Assembly (NCBI GenBank): GCA_964188305.1
Contig: OZ076886.1
From: Podarcis bocagei
Taxonomy: Eukaryota
DNA: 64,000 bases
Direction: 5' to 3' (one strand)
In this document: positions 12,360 through 26,300 of the stretch, piece by piece
Layout of the letters: each line of letters begins with the position of its first letter
Position numbering within the stretch: position 1 is the stretch's first letter
The notes under the pieces: model-generated
Databases searched by the model: none
What the model saw: only the letters and a program-made list of their open reading frames with translations
Told to the model about the DNA's origin: nothing
Program-made: the position numbers and the translations under genes

Positions 12360-14088
12360 ATAATTATTATACATAATATTCATCCCACATTTGTAACTCG
12401 ATCTTTTAGTGTGGCAGCACCTGCACTTTGGAACTGCCTTTTATTATTTTTTAATTGTTTCTATTAAATATTTTCTTGGATCAAGCAGGTGCCTTCACTG
12501 TATTCTTTTTGGTGCCTGGGGGGGAAAAACATTCTTGTTTTAGAGAAGCCTACCCAAATGCTTAGAAAGTTGGGGCAATTTAGTATTTTAACTTCTGTAT
12601 GTTTTAAAGTATGGCTGTACATTTTTTCTTGACTTTCTTGTTTTACCTTTTTGTAAACTGTTCAGAAGGTTGCTGTTGTTGTAGTTTACAATCAAGCGGC
12701 TCATAAATCTTATGAAATAAATAAATAATAAGTACGACCCACTTTGACGAAAACTTAAGGTATTAATAATACAACAGCTACCAAAGCAAATAATTTAAGA
12801 AGTTGTGAATCATCCAGCAACTAAAATTAGTTTTGTTGATACAGCCACACAGTTCTGAGCTGAAGTGAAGGGTGCATATGTACAGTCTTAGGGATTGCTG
12901 ACACCTTGAAGAAATTAATATTGGGTCATTATAGACCGCCTATGTCCTCCTCCCTTGGTGGCACCCCTGTAGTCTAAACAATAATCCTGAATACAGTTCC
13001 ATATTTTTAAAGCTGCATTTAAGAACGTGCATTGTTCTAGACAAATGGTAGAAGCGCCTTTCTTCCTTGGAAACTGGGGAAAAGAAGAAGAAGAAAATAC
13101 GATGAATGGGAAGCAGAGTCAACACAGGTTATAAAAATAATAAGGCAGTCTGTCAGAGCCTTGGAATGGTCAAGAAGGGCCCGTAAATGTGAATACAGTT
13201 TATGTGTGTGTGTGTGTGTGTGTTTAAAAAATAAATAAATGAATAAATAAATAATATACTACTGATGCAAAAGGCTCCAGTGAAATGTAAAATATTGGTG
13301 ATAGCTTACAGTGTGTGAAATGAAATTTAAATGCAGCGGAAGTAGAGAAAAGTATTTTAAGTTGCTTCGGAATGTCAGGTAGCTGGTTTTTGAGTGACTG
13401 TGTAAATGGCTCAGATAGCCTAAGGCAATGTAATGAGGTATTGCCACACACAAAAAGCTATTGCACCCCTTGCACCCCTCGCAAGAGCTCCATCTCGGCA
13501 CATTATTTTTCAATTGGGAAAATTACACACAAATCCACCGCTGATGGTTATCAAAAGCTGGCAGAAATATTTCATAAAGCCTTATGGAAACATCATCATT
13601 GCAGGTGTTTGTTTTTTTAAGGGAAGAGGTGGGAGAGAAACCCAGAGCCCAAATATGAACAAAACCACCCTGAGACGCCCCTCCTCCCCACCCTATTTAT
13701 TTTCAAGTAAACATTCAACAGACTTTGAAATGCATAACCACAGTACAGAAGTTGACAAATATCATCCTATTAACTCTGGGCTAACAGTTTATATTTCCAG
13801 TGTTTAATCTCATTTTCCTCCCTCCACACAAAGCAAACATTACATTAGAAACAAATATTGTGGGGGAAGCAAACAGGCTTCCCAAAAGAAAGAAAAAATG
13901 CTCTGAGAGAATGGGACAAACTGCGCTACCAGTAACCTGCTATCTTCTGACATTTATTTCAGCTCGGGAAATGGTTTAGAAGCACGTGACACATCTACCT
14001 TGCTAGAGCCAAGGATAGCCTGGGCATGATCAATAGGGAAAAGGCAGGATGCGAAATTTATTTATATATTTATTTACTGCATTCATAT

Positions 14089-14630
14089 AGGTAAAAAGGT
14101 TAAGGACCCCTAGACAGCTGAGTCCAGTCAAAGGCAACTACAGTGGTACCTCGGGTTAAGTACTTAATTCGTTCTGGAGGTCCGTTCTTAACTTGAAACT
14201 GTTCTTAACCTGAAGCACCACTTTAGCTAATGGGGCCTCCTGCTGCCGCCGCACCGCTGAAGCACAATTTCTCTTCTCATCCTGAAGCAAAGTTCTTAAC
14301 CTGAGGTACTATTTCTGGATTAGCGGAGTCTGTAACCTGAAGCGTATGTAACCCGAGGTACCACTGTATGGGGTTGCAGCGCTTATCTCATTTTCAGGCT
14401 GAGGGAGCCGGCGTTAGTCCGCAGACAGCTTTCTGGGTCATGTGGTCAGCATGACTAAACCACTTCTGGAGCAATGGGGCACTGTGACGAGTGCCAGAGC
14501 ACACGTTTACCTTCCCGCCACAGCGGTACCTATTGATCTACTTGCACTGGTGTGCTTTCGAACTGCTAGGTTGGCAGGATCTGGGACAGAGCAATGGAAG
14601 CTCACTCTGTTGCAGGGATTCGAACCACTT
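14089..14630 (-). mobile_element. Sauria SINE, 5'-truncated, interrupted by a MITE
   Basis: Homologous to 8664-9020. 14-bp TSD TACTGCATTCATAT at 14075-14088 and 14635-14648. Confidence 0.85.
14141..14366. mobile_element. Tc1/mariner-pogo (Tigger-like) MITE
   Basis: TIRs CAGTGGTACCTCGGGTTA...TAACCCGAGGTACCACTG with TA TSD. Second copy at 60658-60882. Confidence 0.88.
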
Positions 14631-14754
14631 GAACTACTGCATTCATATCTCACCTTTTCCTCCAAGGAGCTCTAGCTGGTCACAGGGCCCCCCCTCCCTT
14701 CTGGTTTAATCCCCACAACAACCCTGGGAGGTAGGCTAGGCTGAGAGTCAGTGT

Positions 14755-15000
14755 GGAGAGCCAGTGTGGTGTAGTGGTTAAGAGCGGTAGACTCGTAATC
14801 TGGGGAACCGGGTTTGCGTCTCTGTTCCTCCACATGCAGCTGCTGGGTGACCTTGGGCTAGTCACACTTCTCTGAAGTCTCTCAGCCCCACTCACCTCAC
14901 AGAGTGTTTGTTGTGGGGGAGGAAGGGAAAGGAGAATGTTAGCAGCTTTGAGACTCCTTAGGGTAGTGATAAAGTGGGATATCAAAACCAAACTCTTCTT
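14755..15000 (+). mobile_element. tRNA-derived SINE (Squam3-like)
   Basis: Head GGAGAGCCAGTGTGGTGTAGTGGTTAAGAGCGG with A/B-box-like motifs, (CTT)n tail, TCAGTG repeated at both ends. Second copy at 35591-35870. The family name is from recall. Confidence 0.8.
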
Positions 15001-17929
15001 CAGTGAGCTTCCTGGACAAGTAGGGATCTGAATGCCAGTCTCCCAGGTCCTAGTGCAACACTTGAACTTCACCAAGACGGACTCTCAGATGTGTCTGTTA
15101 ATATCTGTCAGCATTGTAGAGAAGATCTAGTGCCTGCTATATATACACCATGAGACTGTTATCCAAGGAAAAGAATCTGCGAGAGCCAAGGCCAGGGGAA
15201 TCCATGCACTGTTCTCAGAAGAATCAGCACCACGAAAACCGCACAACCACCACAGGATGCATCAAAGTAGAATTAACTCTATTTTCACAACACACCCATA
15301 GTTCATTAATTGCAGTCCTCACCCCCATATGACCTCTGCTGTTCTATCACGTTATCCGTATTGGTGAACCCCAAATTCCTTCAGATACTGAGTCACTTTC
15401 ACTGCAGAAAATAGAGCAGCTTTTATTTATTTATTTTACAGAATTTGTATACCCCTTGAGTGTAATAAACATTCCAAGCGGTTTACAAGAAACATTAAAA
15501 CCATCAATAAAAGGGGTTTTTAAAAATCCCAAGTCATTTAATCTTTTACTATCAATTTTAACCATCTTTAAAATGTTTTAAAGATGGATAAAATTGATAG
15601 TAAAAGATTAAAACACATCAACATCTACATGTTTCGATAGGCTTACATTTTTTTAAGCAGGCACCAAAAAGAGTATAGTCAAGACACCTCCCTCATGGCA
15701 ACGGGCATTTGAATAATAATTTTAATATTTATACCCCACTCATCTGGCTGGGATGTCCCAGGATATGGGGTGCATTGAGGAAGGAGAGAGGAAAGCCCAT
15801 TACAGAAGCGAAAATCTGTGAGCTGGATGGACATGTTAGCTGGATACCATCCTTTGTGTATCAATTGCAGTTGTAATATATGCCAGTCTCACTATCCAAA
15901 CACAATTCAATCTCATAAAATCATTTGGTAGGTGAGCACTCACATAATGAGTCCACAATTTCTACTGATTTCTATGGGGAAATTTCTAACGTCTTCCTGG
16001 CCAGGGAATTTTGACCTACAGCTGATCAGGAAACCTGTTGAAACCTTGCATATGGCAAACAAGGAAAGAAAGGAAGAAGCTCTCTTATTTGTCTCATCTC
16101 CTCCCTCCCACCATGGTTTCTGGAAAAACAGCTGTGGCAGACCAGTAAAACTCAAAAAAAGGAAGGCTTGTTTAAGGCTACTTATATGTTCACAGTACTA
16201 CATACAAGTCCAGTTGTTTGGATAGCTGAATCTGTGTTGCGCATAGTGACTTTTGAGTACTAATTCCTCATGTTTGGATAAGTGAATTTTTGTAGAACGA
16301 GTGTTTGGATAGTGGGACATCTGTGTATCTTCTTGACTGGCAGCAGCTCTCCAGGATCTTCAGTGAAGATCTTTTCCACCACCTGATCCTTTTTTGAAAT
16401 TGGAGATGCCATGAATTGACCCTGGGACCTGCAGTATATAACATATATGCTTTGTCTACTGAACTATGCCTTTCCCCAACCCCTCCATCACAATTTGACT
16501 TTATGCAAAATTTGACAGTAACTCTGCCTGGAATTGAATTGTTGTTGTTCTTAAAGACGGAATACTGTTCACTGTTTTACCTGGTTACACTAGACCATCT
16601 TTGCAGCTGGCACCAATCCTACTAAAGCCAAGTATAATCCAGTCTTTAATCAAGAGAGATCATAATTCAAGCCTTCTGGATGCAAGTTAATCTGAAACAA
16701 TGTGTTGTGTCAATACAATGTTTTTGTTTCCATCCTCAAGGCGCCCTTGCGAATTAAGTGACACGAGTTCTGAACTGCATCTGTTTACCAATGTCAAAAA
16801 GTTCCTACATTCGCAAGCTATCATGCAAGGCTCTCCTACTCTATAACAGGAGCCCTTCTTAATGATGCATCCTGTCACACTGGAATCGGCGTATCATAAA
16901 CTCCCTGTTTACTGCCACCTTGCAAAGAAACAATGGATTAAACGACAGATGCTGCAAAGCTAAAAATCTGACGATGGCACCATAACTTCTAATCAAAGTC
17001 TGTCCTTTGAGAACAAAAGCCAGTGCAGAACTCTGTAATTAGAACCTGGGTGAGAGGCCTACCCCTGTATTAATTCATTATTATCATTATCAGTAGCCTC
17101 CGGGGATTGTGTATGCATGTAACATACAATAACACTTGCTGAATTTGATCTGATCTCCAAATTAATTGGCCTCCCGCCTGCAGGGAGCACACAATTGTAT
17201 ACCGAGATTGGTCCTCGATGCCGCTGAATAACCCCGCTACTCTGTAGTTGTAATCGACCTGCTCATATATATTTTAACCATCTCTATCTGTGCAGATAAG
17301 TCAATAACGCTGGCTGTAGGGCAGCGCTGATTGTGCAGCTGTCAAGAGTTCACGCTGCGCATGATCGCTTGCAGGACTGGAGGCCTGATGAAGGCTGCTT
17401 CATAAACCACGCTTTTCATGCACGGAGGCGACTTCCACGTGCGAAGTAGCTCAGAGCCCAGATCACATGCGGATAATTGAGCGTGAAGTTTTGGGTACAA
17501 ATGTGCCGGATGCTGCATGTAGATGAAGGAAAGCCCAGCCAACGAGGTAACCGGGTTTTCAGGAAGGTTAGAGATGTAGAAGAGCTGCCGAGTGCAGACC
17601 CGATTTTTAGAATTTATTTCATTCATTTATTAAGTTTTATATCCAGCCGTTTTGCCAAATGCAGCCTAGGACAAGAGACAGGACAATAAAAAAATCTCTT
17701 GAAAGAATTCCATTACAGGTGCAGGCTGGGGGAGATCTCTGCTGAAAAAGCTTGAAGAGGAAAGTTTTCAGTAGGCACCAAAAGACAATTGTCTAATATT
17801 CAAGGAGAAGGATGGGTAAAGCAACACTAAAGGTTTGATTCATGCATCTTATGGAATGGCCCTCCTGATAAGATGGTATCTGCAAGAGGCCCTCACCCGC
17901 AGAGCACAGTGAGAGACTTGATATATATA

Positions 17930-18158
17930 ATAATAATATAATAATTTATTATTTATACCCCGCCCATCTGGCTGGGTTTCCCCAGCCACTCTGGGCGGCT
18001 TCCAACTGAATATTAAAAACAATACAGCATTAGACATTAAAAACTTCCCTAAAGAGGGCTGCCTTCAGTTGTCTTTTAAAAGTAAAATAGTTGTTTATTG
18101 CCTTGACATCTGCTGGGAGGGCGTTCCACAGGGCAGGCGCCACTACCGAGAAGGCCCT
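17930..18158 (-). mobile_element. L2 LINE 3' fragment, abutting an older L2 remnant (~18160-18390, minus strand)
   Basis: Reverse complement matches the 752-1150 family. The adjacent older piece encodes LLKQWHWLPVSCWAKFKTLVL (L2 HWLP motif). Confidence 0.78.
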
Positions 18159-19106
18159 GGGCTATATAGGGTTTTACACAGTAACACTAGGGTCTTGAAC
18201 TTCGCCCAGCAGCTAACTGGCAGCCAATGCCATTGTTTCAACAGTGGTGTAGCATTTTGGTGCTTGCCCCAGAGAGCTGTCAAGCCTTCGCCGTTTACAC
18301 CAGTTGTAGCTTCTGGATCAACCTCAAGGGCAACCCCACATAGACTGCATGGCAGTAATCTAGCCTGGAGGATACCAGCACATGGATAATAGTGGGATGA
18401 AGAGAAACAGCACTCATAAAACCTCTCAGCCATCTCCAAGGTAAGAGAAGTACAGCAAAACACCTATGCCCTACACATGAAAATTTCACCAACATTTTAT
18501 CTCCTCTCTGATAATCTTCAAATGCCCTTTATTTTCCTGCTAATTGATGGAGGGCAGCCTGGAAATATGCAGAAGTTGTTTTTCAATTAAGGGAGCTCTC
18601 TGTATTCCCACTTTATATTTTAACACAAAACCAGTGCCTCTAAAAGGAAGGCATGGTGTGTTTTGCGCCCTCGGTGCTCCTTCCATCTTCCTGAGGATTG
18701 TTCCACACTTACTTGTCCCACAAGTGCAGCTGCCTTGAGAGATATTTCTGCACAAATGCTGTACGATGGGACTTGGTTTTGCTAAAAGGATCCAACCAGG
18801 TGCTGCACACAATTATAACCTTTTTTTATGGCCTTCTTGTGAGCTTCTCTAAGACTTGTTGCTCATTGAAACAGAATGCCAGGATGGGTGGGCCTCTTTC
18901 TGATCAAGCAAGGCAATTTCAATTTTCATTAATGAAGAGCTTTATAAACCTTTCTCCCAGTGACCAAGGACAATCTGAGTTGCCCATGCCTAGAAAATGT
19001 TCACAGCCTGTATCTGTCCTCATCAGACGGTGAGCTTTAGGTCTGCCCCTTTTACCAAAAAATGAAGTGGTATGTGAGAGGAAAAGTCCACTTGAAGGAA
19101 GGGCCA

Positions 19107-19256
19107 TGTTATGTACTGAGTTGACTAGGATCCAAATTGCAGCAGTCTGATTGGTCCTAAAACAATAGGATTCAGAATGCAGCAGTCTGATTGGTCCGAG
19201 AACAATAGGATTCAGAATGCAGCAGTCTGATTGGTCCTAGAACAATAGGATCCAGA
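19107..19256 (+). repeat. 40-bp tandem repeat (~3.3 copies) with inverted CCAAT boxes, probably the 5' part of an LTR
   Basis: Unit TAGGATTCAGAATGCAGCAGTCTGATTGGTCCNAGAACAA starts at 19126, 19166, 19206 and 19246. Preceded by TGTTATGTA, the same start as the LTR at 28006. Confidence 0.75.
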
Positions 19257-22092
19257 CAAGTATTTTTCAGGCCATTTCAAGACTGGCTGTTCCATTGTTT
19301 GTTTTCAAGGCTGCCCAAGTACTGTGGTCTCGATTCCTCCACCCTGATTGCCTTCAGACCACTGTGCAACCAACTAGCTATAGATGGAGCTAAGATTGTA
19401 CCTCCCATCCCCCCACTGCCCTACAGACCACTTAAAAATTTCTGGTAGTCTTGGAGGACCACTCAATGATTTTCCTGCCTGTTACAGCTATTGTAATGCA
19501 CTGTGCCAGATGTTGCGTGCCTTTTTTAACTGCATTTTTATTGCAATAAAATACAGCATAAGAAATAAAAGAAGCAATAAAAATACAGCTAAGAAATCAA
19601 TATGAATACTCAATGTGATAGATAGAGAAGTCTCCCATCTTCAGCTACAAATCTGTGGACTTCCTGAAAGAAGCTTGTGGGCCACAGCTCGGGAGCCCCA
19701 TGGACTAAGAGATCAAACAAAGAGAACCAGAAAAAGAAGAGAAGAAACACTACATTCTGACTTCCAGGTAGCGGAGATGTGGAACCAATCCTCCTAGTCT
19801 GAAATAGCCAACAACCACAATCATAAGCCATTGAGGAAGCGTCAGCTATTTGTCTTGAGCTACAGGACCATTTTAATAACCAAATCTCCTTATTACACCT
19901 GCCTGGATCCCTTCCATGGGGCTTTTTGATTTCCTCTGACTAGGAGAAATAAAAATTTCATTTTCTCTTAATAAAAGAGTGACTTGTTTGGCTCTAGAGA
20001 TTCTGGTCTGTCCCTTGTATATAAACTTCTGAGCAGAAAATGGCCTGAAGAGGAAGCCTAGGGCAGAAGATCCTTAGACATCAACCCTGTTTTAGAGGGA
20101 GAGCAACGTACCACCAGGGGAAGGGCCCTGGCAATGTGTTAGGTTTATTCATCCCCATCAAAATTTCACATTACGGGTTTTATGGGACTCTAGCTGAATG
20201 GCAAACTTTTCTACTTGACAACCAAATTACACTACTCCACAGATGATAAAACTCAAGGAAACATATTCAACCTATCAGGGATAATTGCCATTTCCCTCCC
20301 CCCCCCATCTGAAAATAAACCCGCATAACACGCCCCCTCCCCAATGAGCACATTCTGCATAAAAGTTCTTTTTTTAAATAAAAAAGCACTTATAAGTCAC
20401 TTTGGAGGGGCTAAATAACTACACTTCTGGGCTCTCTTTCATTTTAGCTGCAGGGCACCCTAGGAGATAGTAAAAAATATATTACACTTCAAAAACACCC
20501 AGGGAAGGAGCCCTAACGTTTAAAATGTGAGCACATTTACTTCACGGTGTTTGAGAGGAGGGGAAAGGGGGGGAAGGGGAGTCAGAAGCAATCTGTGGCA
20601 CAGTGAATAAGAGGCCGATTCCCCCGGAGCGGTGAGCATTTCCATTCGCCGCCTTGCCTTTAAAAGCCAGCTTTGAGTAACCCGTGCCCACAAAATTGCA
20701 GAGGAATTATCCTGAATTACAGACCTCAGACTGTTAAAAAGTGCAGTTGGTGATCAGCAGTGACCCTTGCGACGACAAGGGCCAATACAGATGAAGAAAG
20801 TCTGACGGCTGTTCAGTTGTGAGGCTTCAGAATAGAAATTGAGGGCGGGGCAGAGGGGGGGGGAGAGATAAGAGAAGAAGAGAAGCCGATTTAGGAGATG
20901 CCTTTTGAATGACTAGACTTCGTATGAAAATGCTTTACTCCTCGCTGGATGAATTGCATGTGGCAATGCAATTTTGTTTTAAGTCATTACTCCAGAGTTT
21001 TTAATTTTGGTCTCCATAGCTAAGAATTGACATACGATCCATCATGCTGAGTTTCTCTTACCCTTCCGGTTCGTACTTCTCAGCAGCTTCACCAAGCAGT
21101 GCCACTCAGGATAAGTCCCCCACCTTTGTCCCCTCACCCACCCGCCCACTCTGCCCCTCCATGTTTCTGTAATGAGGCTATAAATGAATTATGCCTGATG
21201 CTTTCTCTAATCGACAGTAATAACACCCAGCACAGCAAAGAGACGCAACTTCAGAAGCGTATTGGGTCTAATGGAATTAAGCGAAATGACACAAATAGGT
21301 TTTTTTTCTTCTTTTTTTTTTAAAGGCTTCTGACAAATGCAACTATTCATTACTTTGAAGAACAGAGAGATTTTTCTGTAGGGCAAAAAAACAAAGTACC
21401 TCCAACAAATGAGATTTAAAAAACAATATTTCTCATTTCCCACAGAGCAGATTTATTTTCCAGCATCTCCCTACTCCCCCAGCCACTTCATGATACCGTT
21501 AATTAAGGGAGGGGAAGGAAGAAGAGTTTACATAACGGAGTCACCACTTCTAAGGACTTCGGAGAGATCAAAAGGACGAAAAGAGCAAAATCTTCCCTTA
21601 GGAAGGCTTCTGGCCCACATTCAGGTCAGAGTAGGAGCGTTCGGCAGCTGCGTGTAATGTGTTTTGCCAAAGAACATTCCAATCTTCGCCCCCTCAAATG
21701 CAATTTATAAAGGGTTCTTTCAAAAGCAGAGAAGTTTTAACGCGGGCCAACCAGAAAAGTGGCAGAGAAGAAACGGCTGTTGAAAGTGCACCCCTTAAAT
21801 GGGTGCCCGTCTGCTACCAGGCCCAGTTCATGGTTCTTCTATTAATTGGCAAGAACCCCCCCCCCCCAAAAAAAAACCTTGGTCCGGGATACCTCAAGGA
21901 CCATCTAATACATTGTATCTCTGCCCAATCTCAGACATACTCAGGGGAGTCACTGCTAATGGTCCTCCATGATTCAGATAAAGGTCTTGTGTCCACCAGG
22001 AGTCATGCATTCAGTATTATGGGTCCGATTCTGTGGGATTTCCTCTCATTTGAAAACAGACTAGCCCCCTCCCTGTTGAACTTCCAGCACTT

Positions 22093-22364
22093 CATAGAAT
22101 CATAGAACTGCAGAGTTGTAAGGCACCATCTAGATCAACCCCTGCAACACAGGAATCTTTTTGCTCAATGCAAGGCTTGGACCCACGGCCCTAAGATCAA
22201 GAGCAGGTTTCCTCAACCTCGGCCCTCCAGAGACTACAATTCTCATCATCCCTGACCACTGGTCTTGCTAGCTAGGGATCATGGGAGTTGCGGGCCAAAA
22301 TACCTGGAGGGCCGAGGTTGAGGAAGCCTGATCCAGAGTCTCATGCTCTATCAATGGAGCTATC
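22093..22364 (-). mobile_element. tRNA-headed SINE with CR1-type 3' tail (Squam2-like), interrupted by a hAT MITE
   Basis: Minus strand GATAGCTCCATTGATAGAGCATGAGACTCT... (tRNA-like head) and ...TTCTATGATTCTATG (CR1-type tail). Confidence 0.65.
22204..22330. mobile_element. hAT palindromic MITE
   Basis: TIRs CAGGTTTCCTCAACCTCGGCCCTCCAG / CTGGAGGGCCGAGGTTGAGGAAGCCTG. 8-bp TSD ATCAAGAG/ATCCAGAG. Confidence 0.85.
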
Positions 22365-23280
22365 TATTGGCTTGGAACAGGGCCTCTAATTAACACTGGA
22401 AGAGATAATGGCTTGATGTGTACAAATCCAATAGTAGCAGTATGGCAGACTTTCATGGCCAAAGGAATAGCTTCTAGACAGGAGGAGGAGGAAGGGAAAA
22501 AACTGTGAGGATCACTAATGCCAGATATCAGAGAAACATCCTAGCTATGTTCATTCATTCATGGTTACTAGGGAAACAACAAAGATCTCCAAGTCCTTAT
22601 ACGTCATGGTGTAAGGTTAAAGGCTATAATTAGGATGCTATAAAGTGAAACGCCACCCCAAGACCAGCTAGCACATTTGGGCTTGGTATGATATATAGAC
22701 TAATGGCACAGACTCCTCCAAACCAATTCACAATCACAAACAGAGAATCCAGAGATAGCCATACAAATACCATGAAACTGGAAACATTCTGGCAGGGCTT
22801 GCAGTAGAACGAAAAGGTGGCATTTCCCGAGCTCCATGTAGATGAATCACTTGGGCCAAGCATTTCCCCACCCCTTACTCATGGATCTAATAAATTAGAA
22901 GTAACTTGATCTCCCCTCCAGTTCACAGCTCCCTTAAGATGAGAGTCAATTAAGCCCTAATTGTTTCTGGTTTCACTGAGCCATTTTTAAAGCCCTGCTT
23001 TAATATGGTTGCTCTTAATAGACTTCACATCTTCACATTGCATTTTTTTCTGTTAGTGTTTTGGATATTCCATTACTTCATTGTATGCATAAGAGGCACC
23101 CATTGAATGTGGGAGATTTAGGTTCACGTTTCCATTCAGCAACAAACTTTACTGGGTAACTAGGGCAAGCCATTATTTATCCACCTAAATGTCCCAAAAA
23201 ACCCAAGTCCTCTTAAGATTATTTTTTTTGGGGGGGGGGATTATGTATAGTCAATAATGCTTGGGGTAGGGTGGAGGAGA

Positions 23281-23282
<2 letters not shown>

Positions 23283-23329
<47 letters not shown>
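23283..23329. repeat. (TA)n microsatellite
   Basis: Pure dinucleotide run, with no PLE attached. Confidence 0.95.
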
Positions 23330-23332
<3 letters not shown>

Positions 23333-26300
23333 TACGCTACAGATCAGGAAATGTATCAAGTCCAGGATGAGGCCAGTTTGATTAACAAGCAAAGCCAGGA
23401 AAGTTATTAGAGGCAAGAAAACCTATTTCTGAAAATGGAAGTCTTTGTCAAAAGGGGAATGGGCGGGAGGAAAAATGGAACAAAGCTTCTTGTCATCCGT
23501 AGTGTTTTGGTTATTCTAAACTTATTTCACCTTTTGGGAAGAGACTTGGGCACATCTTGTTCCTTCAACTGACCAGTCAGGCTTCCTGCCTACTTAGCAC
23601 AGTTTATTTTGCTGGCTCACAACTTGCTAGGCCATAATCCCTCTGCCTACTGCTGCTGCCAACCTTTTATGAAATCACCAAACCCATCAGGAGGCAAGAC
23701 AGCACATTGCAGCAGGCCTGGTTCTCATTATTTCTATCAAGGAACCCAAAATGCGGCTCCAGGTCCAGGTGATCTCTGAAGCCCAGACATCCAGGTCCAA
23801 GCTGCAGGTTTTGATTTCACAAGAACTGCTCTGGCAAGTTTTCCAGACCTCAGAATGTTCTCATGTGACCACAATAGCCCTTTTGTACTCTATTACCCAC
23901 CACACAAAAAAGTCTAAAAGTACTGTGAGATCCAGCCCTTAGAAAACAGACTTAACAGTAGGGGTGGTAGAGAATTCTGCTCTAAGTGGACAAAGGAGCT
24001 GCAGTTTATGTGCACATTTGTGGTCAGGAACAGAAATCTGATAAGAGCTTTTTTTTTTTTAGTCCACAAACAATACGCAACTGAAGACCTCATCTTCCTG
24101 GTGTTTCCTTTGCACTGAAATGAATCATGAGGCATTACATAAATAATTATCTCAGTAGTTACATAATTAATTAGGTTAAATTTGATCACAATGGACAGAA
24201 AGATGAACAATGTAATTTTTGGTGGAAGCTGAACTGCAATGGAATGGAAACAGTGCCGATTGCGATGAGTACAAGGGAGAATAGAAATTGCTGCCTTCTT
24301 ACGTCACTAAACAACAAGAAAGCAGCACTGATCTGACTTGATACACTGTATTTTGACAATTATACCTTCTGCTAGTCAAAAAAGGAATACACATACACTG
24401 GGAAGTAGTGCTCTTCTGCCTTGGGTCTCCAGACCTATCATCCCTAGCTAGCTTAGCCAGGGATGATGGGAGTTGTAGTCCAGCAATATCTGGGCACCCA
24501 AGGTTGAAGAATACTGCTAGGAAGAAAAGAGAGAGATGGCAGCCATTACATAGCAAGCACACAGCAAAGTCAGACTCAACCTTTTTAAGCTAGTGGCTTT
24601 TTGGATCACCAACTAAGTAAAAGGTGGGGAAATGGCCTGTTCTGGACCGGGGGGGGGGGGGGTTATATGTATATGCTATAGGAAATGATGCTACATGCAT
24701 GTTCAGGTGATATATGAATTTTAAATAGGAAACTTGATTTAAATCAATCCACTTTGAAACATCAGGCCTTAGAATGATTTTTGAATTTTTGAAATAGGCA
24801 GTGTTGGTACTATAAGTTACTAAACAAAGGAAGAATGTAAATAATGAAAAGAAAGAGTTTTCCTTAAGTGACATTGCCAGCAAGATCCATTTCCACTGAC
24901 ATCAGTAAGGGTTTTCATGAAAGAAGAAGTGATGGAGAAGGAACACGATTCAGTTTTCATTTAAAGTCAAACCCACCTGACTTGCACTTTTCAAAACAAT
25001 CAGTGGGCCAAAACACAGCAATCCTCCAAAATTTGTCCTTCTCTGAATCTTGCAATGCCGTTCTCCAGCCAAGTAGTGGGCATGAAAATGCATGTGTTAC
25101 TGAAAATAAACTACAAAAAAGGCATTCTAGTAGAAAGCATGCTTTGCAGAAATGAGTATATTAGGAACAATTGCATACAAACATGTGTCTGTTCAGAGAA
25201 ATTAACATTAAAATGCTGATGAATCACCCACTGATGTAGAATTTAAGAGAACTGAATATGGGGGAACTGAGAAAACCGAAATTGACAGATTCTCCTATGC
25301 CTGGAAAGAAGTCTCACCCTTTTGAGGAAAAGAGAGACTCCCAAACTATTCCATTCTAAGCAAAAAGCCTTTATCACAAACCCTTCCTCTCAACAATGCT
25401 CCCTGCTGATGCTAAAAAACAAAGGAACACACTCACCTTCCCGGTGAAAATTAAACATGAGTCCCAGAAACTGCCAACATGAGACAGAATTATTTTGTTC
25501 TGTTGTATTATTGAAAAACAAACAAACATTTATACAAGATGGAAATTTAGCAAGAAACATAATCCCAAGACTTCCCAAAGAGCCATTATTGTACCTGTGA
25601 GCAGGAATGAAGCACCTTTTGTGAAGATGAAAAGAAGAGAAAAACAACTTCCTGGAGGAGAAGAAAGTGATTGCATCTTCAGTCACAATTGGTTATTGTA
25701 AAAATCTTTATTAACCTAAGTGCATATAAAAATTGTGAATTCTTAATACAAAGCAGTATTTGACTTTTAAATTTCATTTTAAGCTTACCCCATTCACTAG
25801 GAATGTGATTACAGAGTAAATTAAAAAGTAATCACATGTGAATTACATTTCCTCATGAATGTAATGACTTCAGGAGACTGATTAATGTTAAGCAGTGTCT
25901 GTCCTACCTCATGCATACCTTCCCAGGTGAGATGAGTAAGATAGCTGGCGTGCACTGATTTAATTTCCTTTTGCCGGTGAAGAGCTATATGGATACAATA
26001 TTGTGTGTGCATGTACACACACGAGGGAGGGGGAGATTTAGTCCATTGAAAGCACCAACAGCAAGATGGCAGCTGGGACCCCACATACAGAACTGCCTTC
26101 CTAATGAGGCTCGCCTTTGTGGTCTCTCTGTTTTGTGTTGTGTTGTTTTAATCTGTATTTATATTCTTGGGGATGTTGCTTTCGTTGCATGCATTTCATT
26201 TTGATATTACGGGTTTAAAAAATGTTGGCATCGTTTTATTTACTGAAAGTGGCCCAGATAACTTTTGTGTTGTGGCACGGAAAACAAAGCCCACTCACAA

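Noticed and set aside
19126-19256. 40-bp repeats as a CRISPR-like array
   Set aside because: Head-to-tail units without unique spacers, in a vertebrate context with no cas genes.
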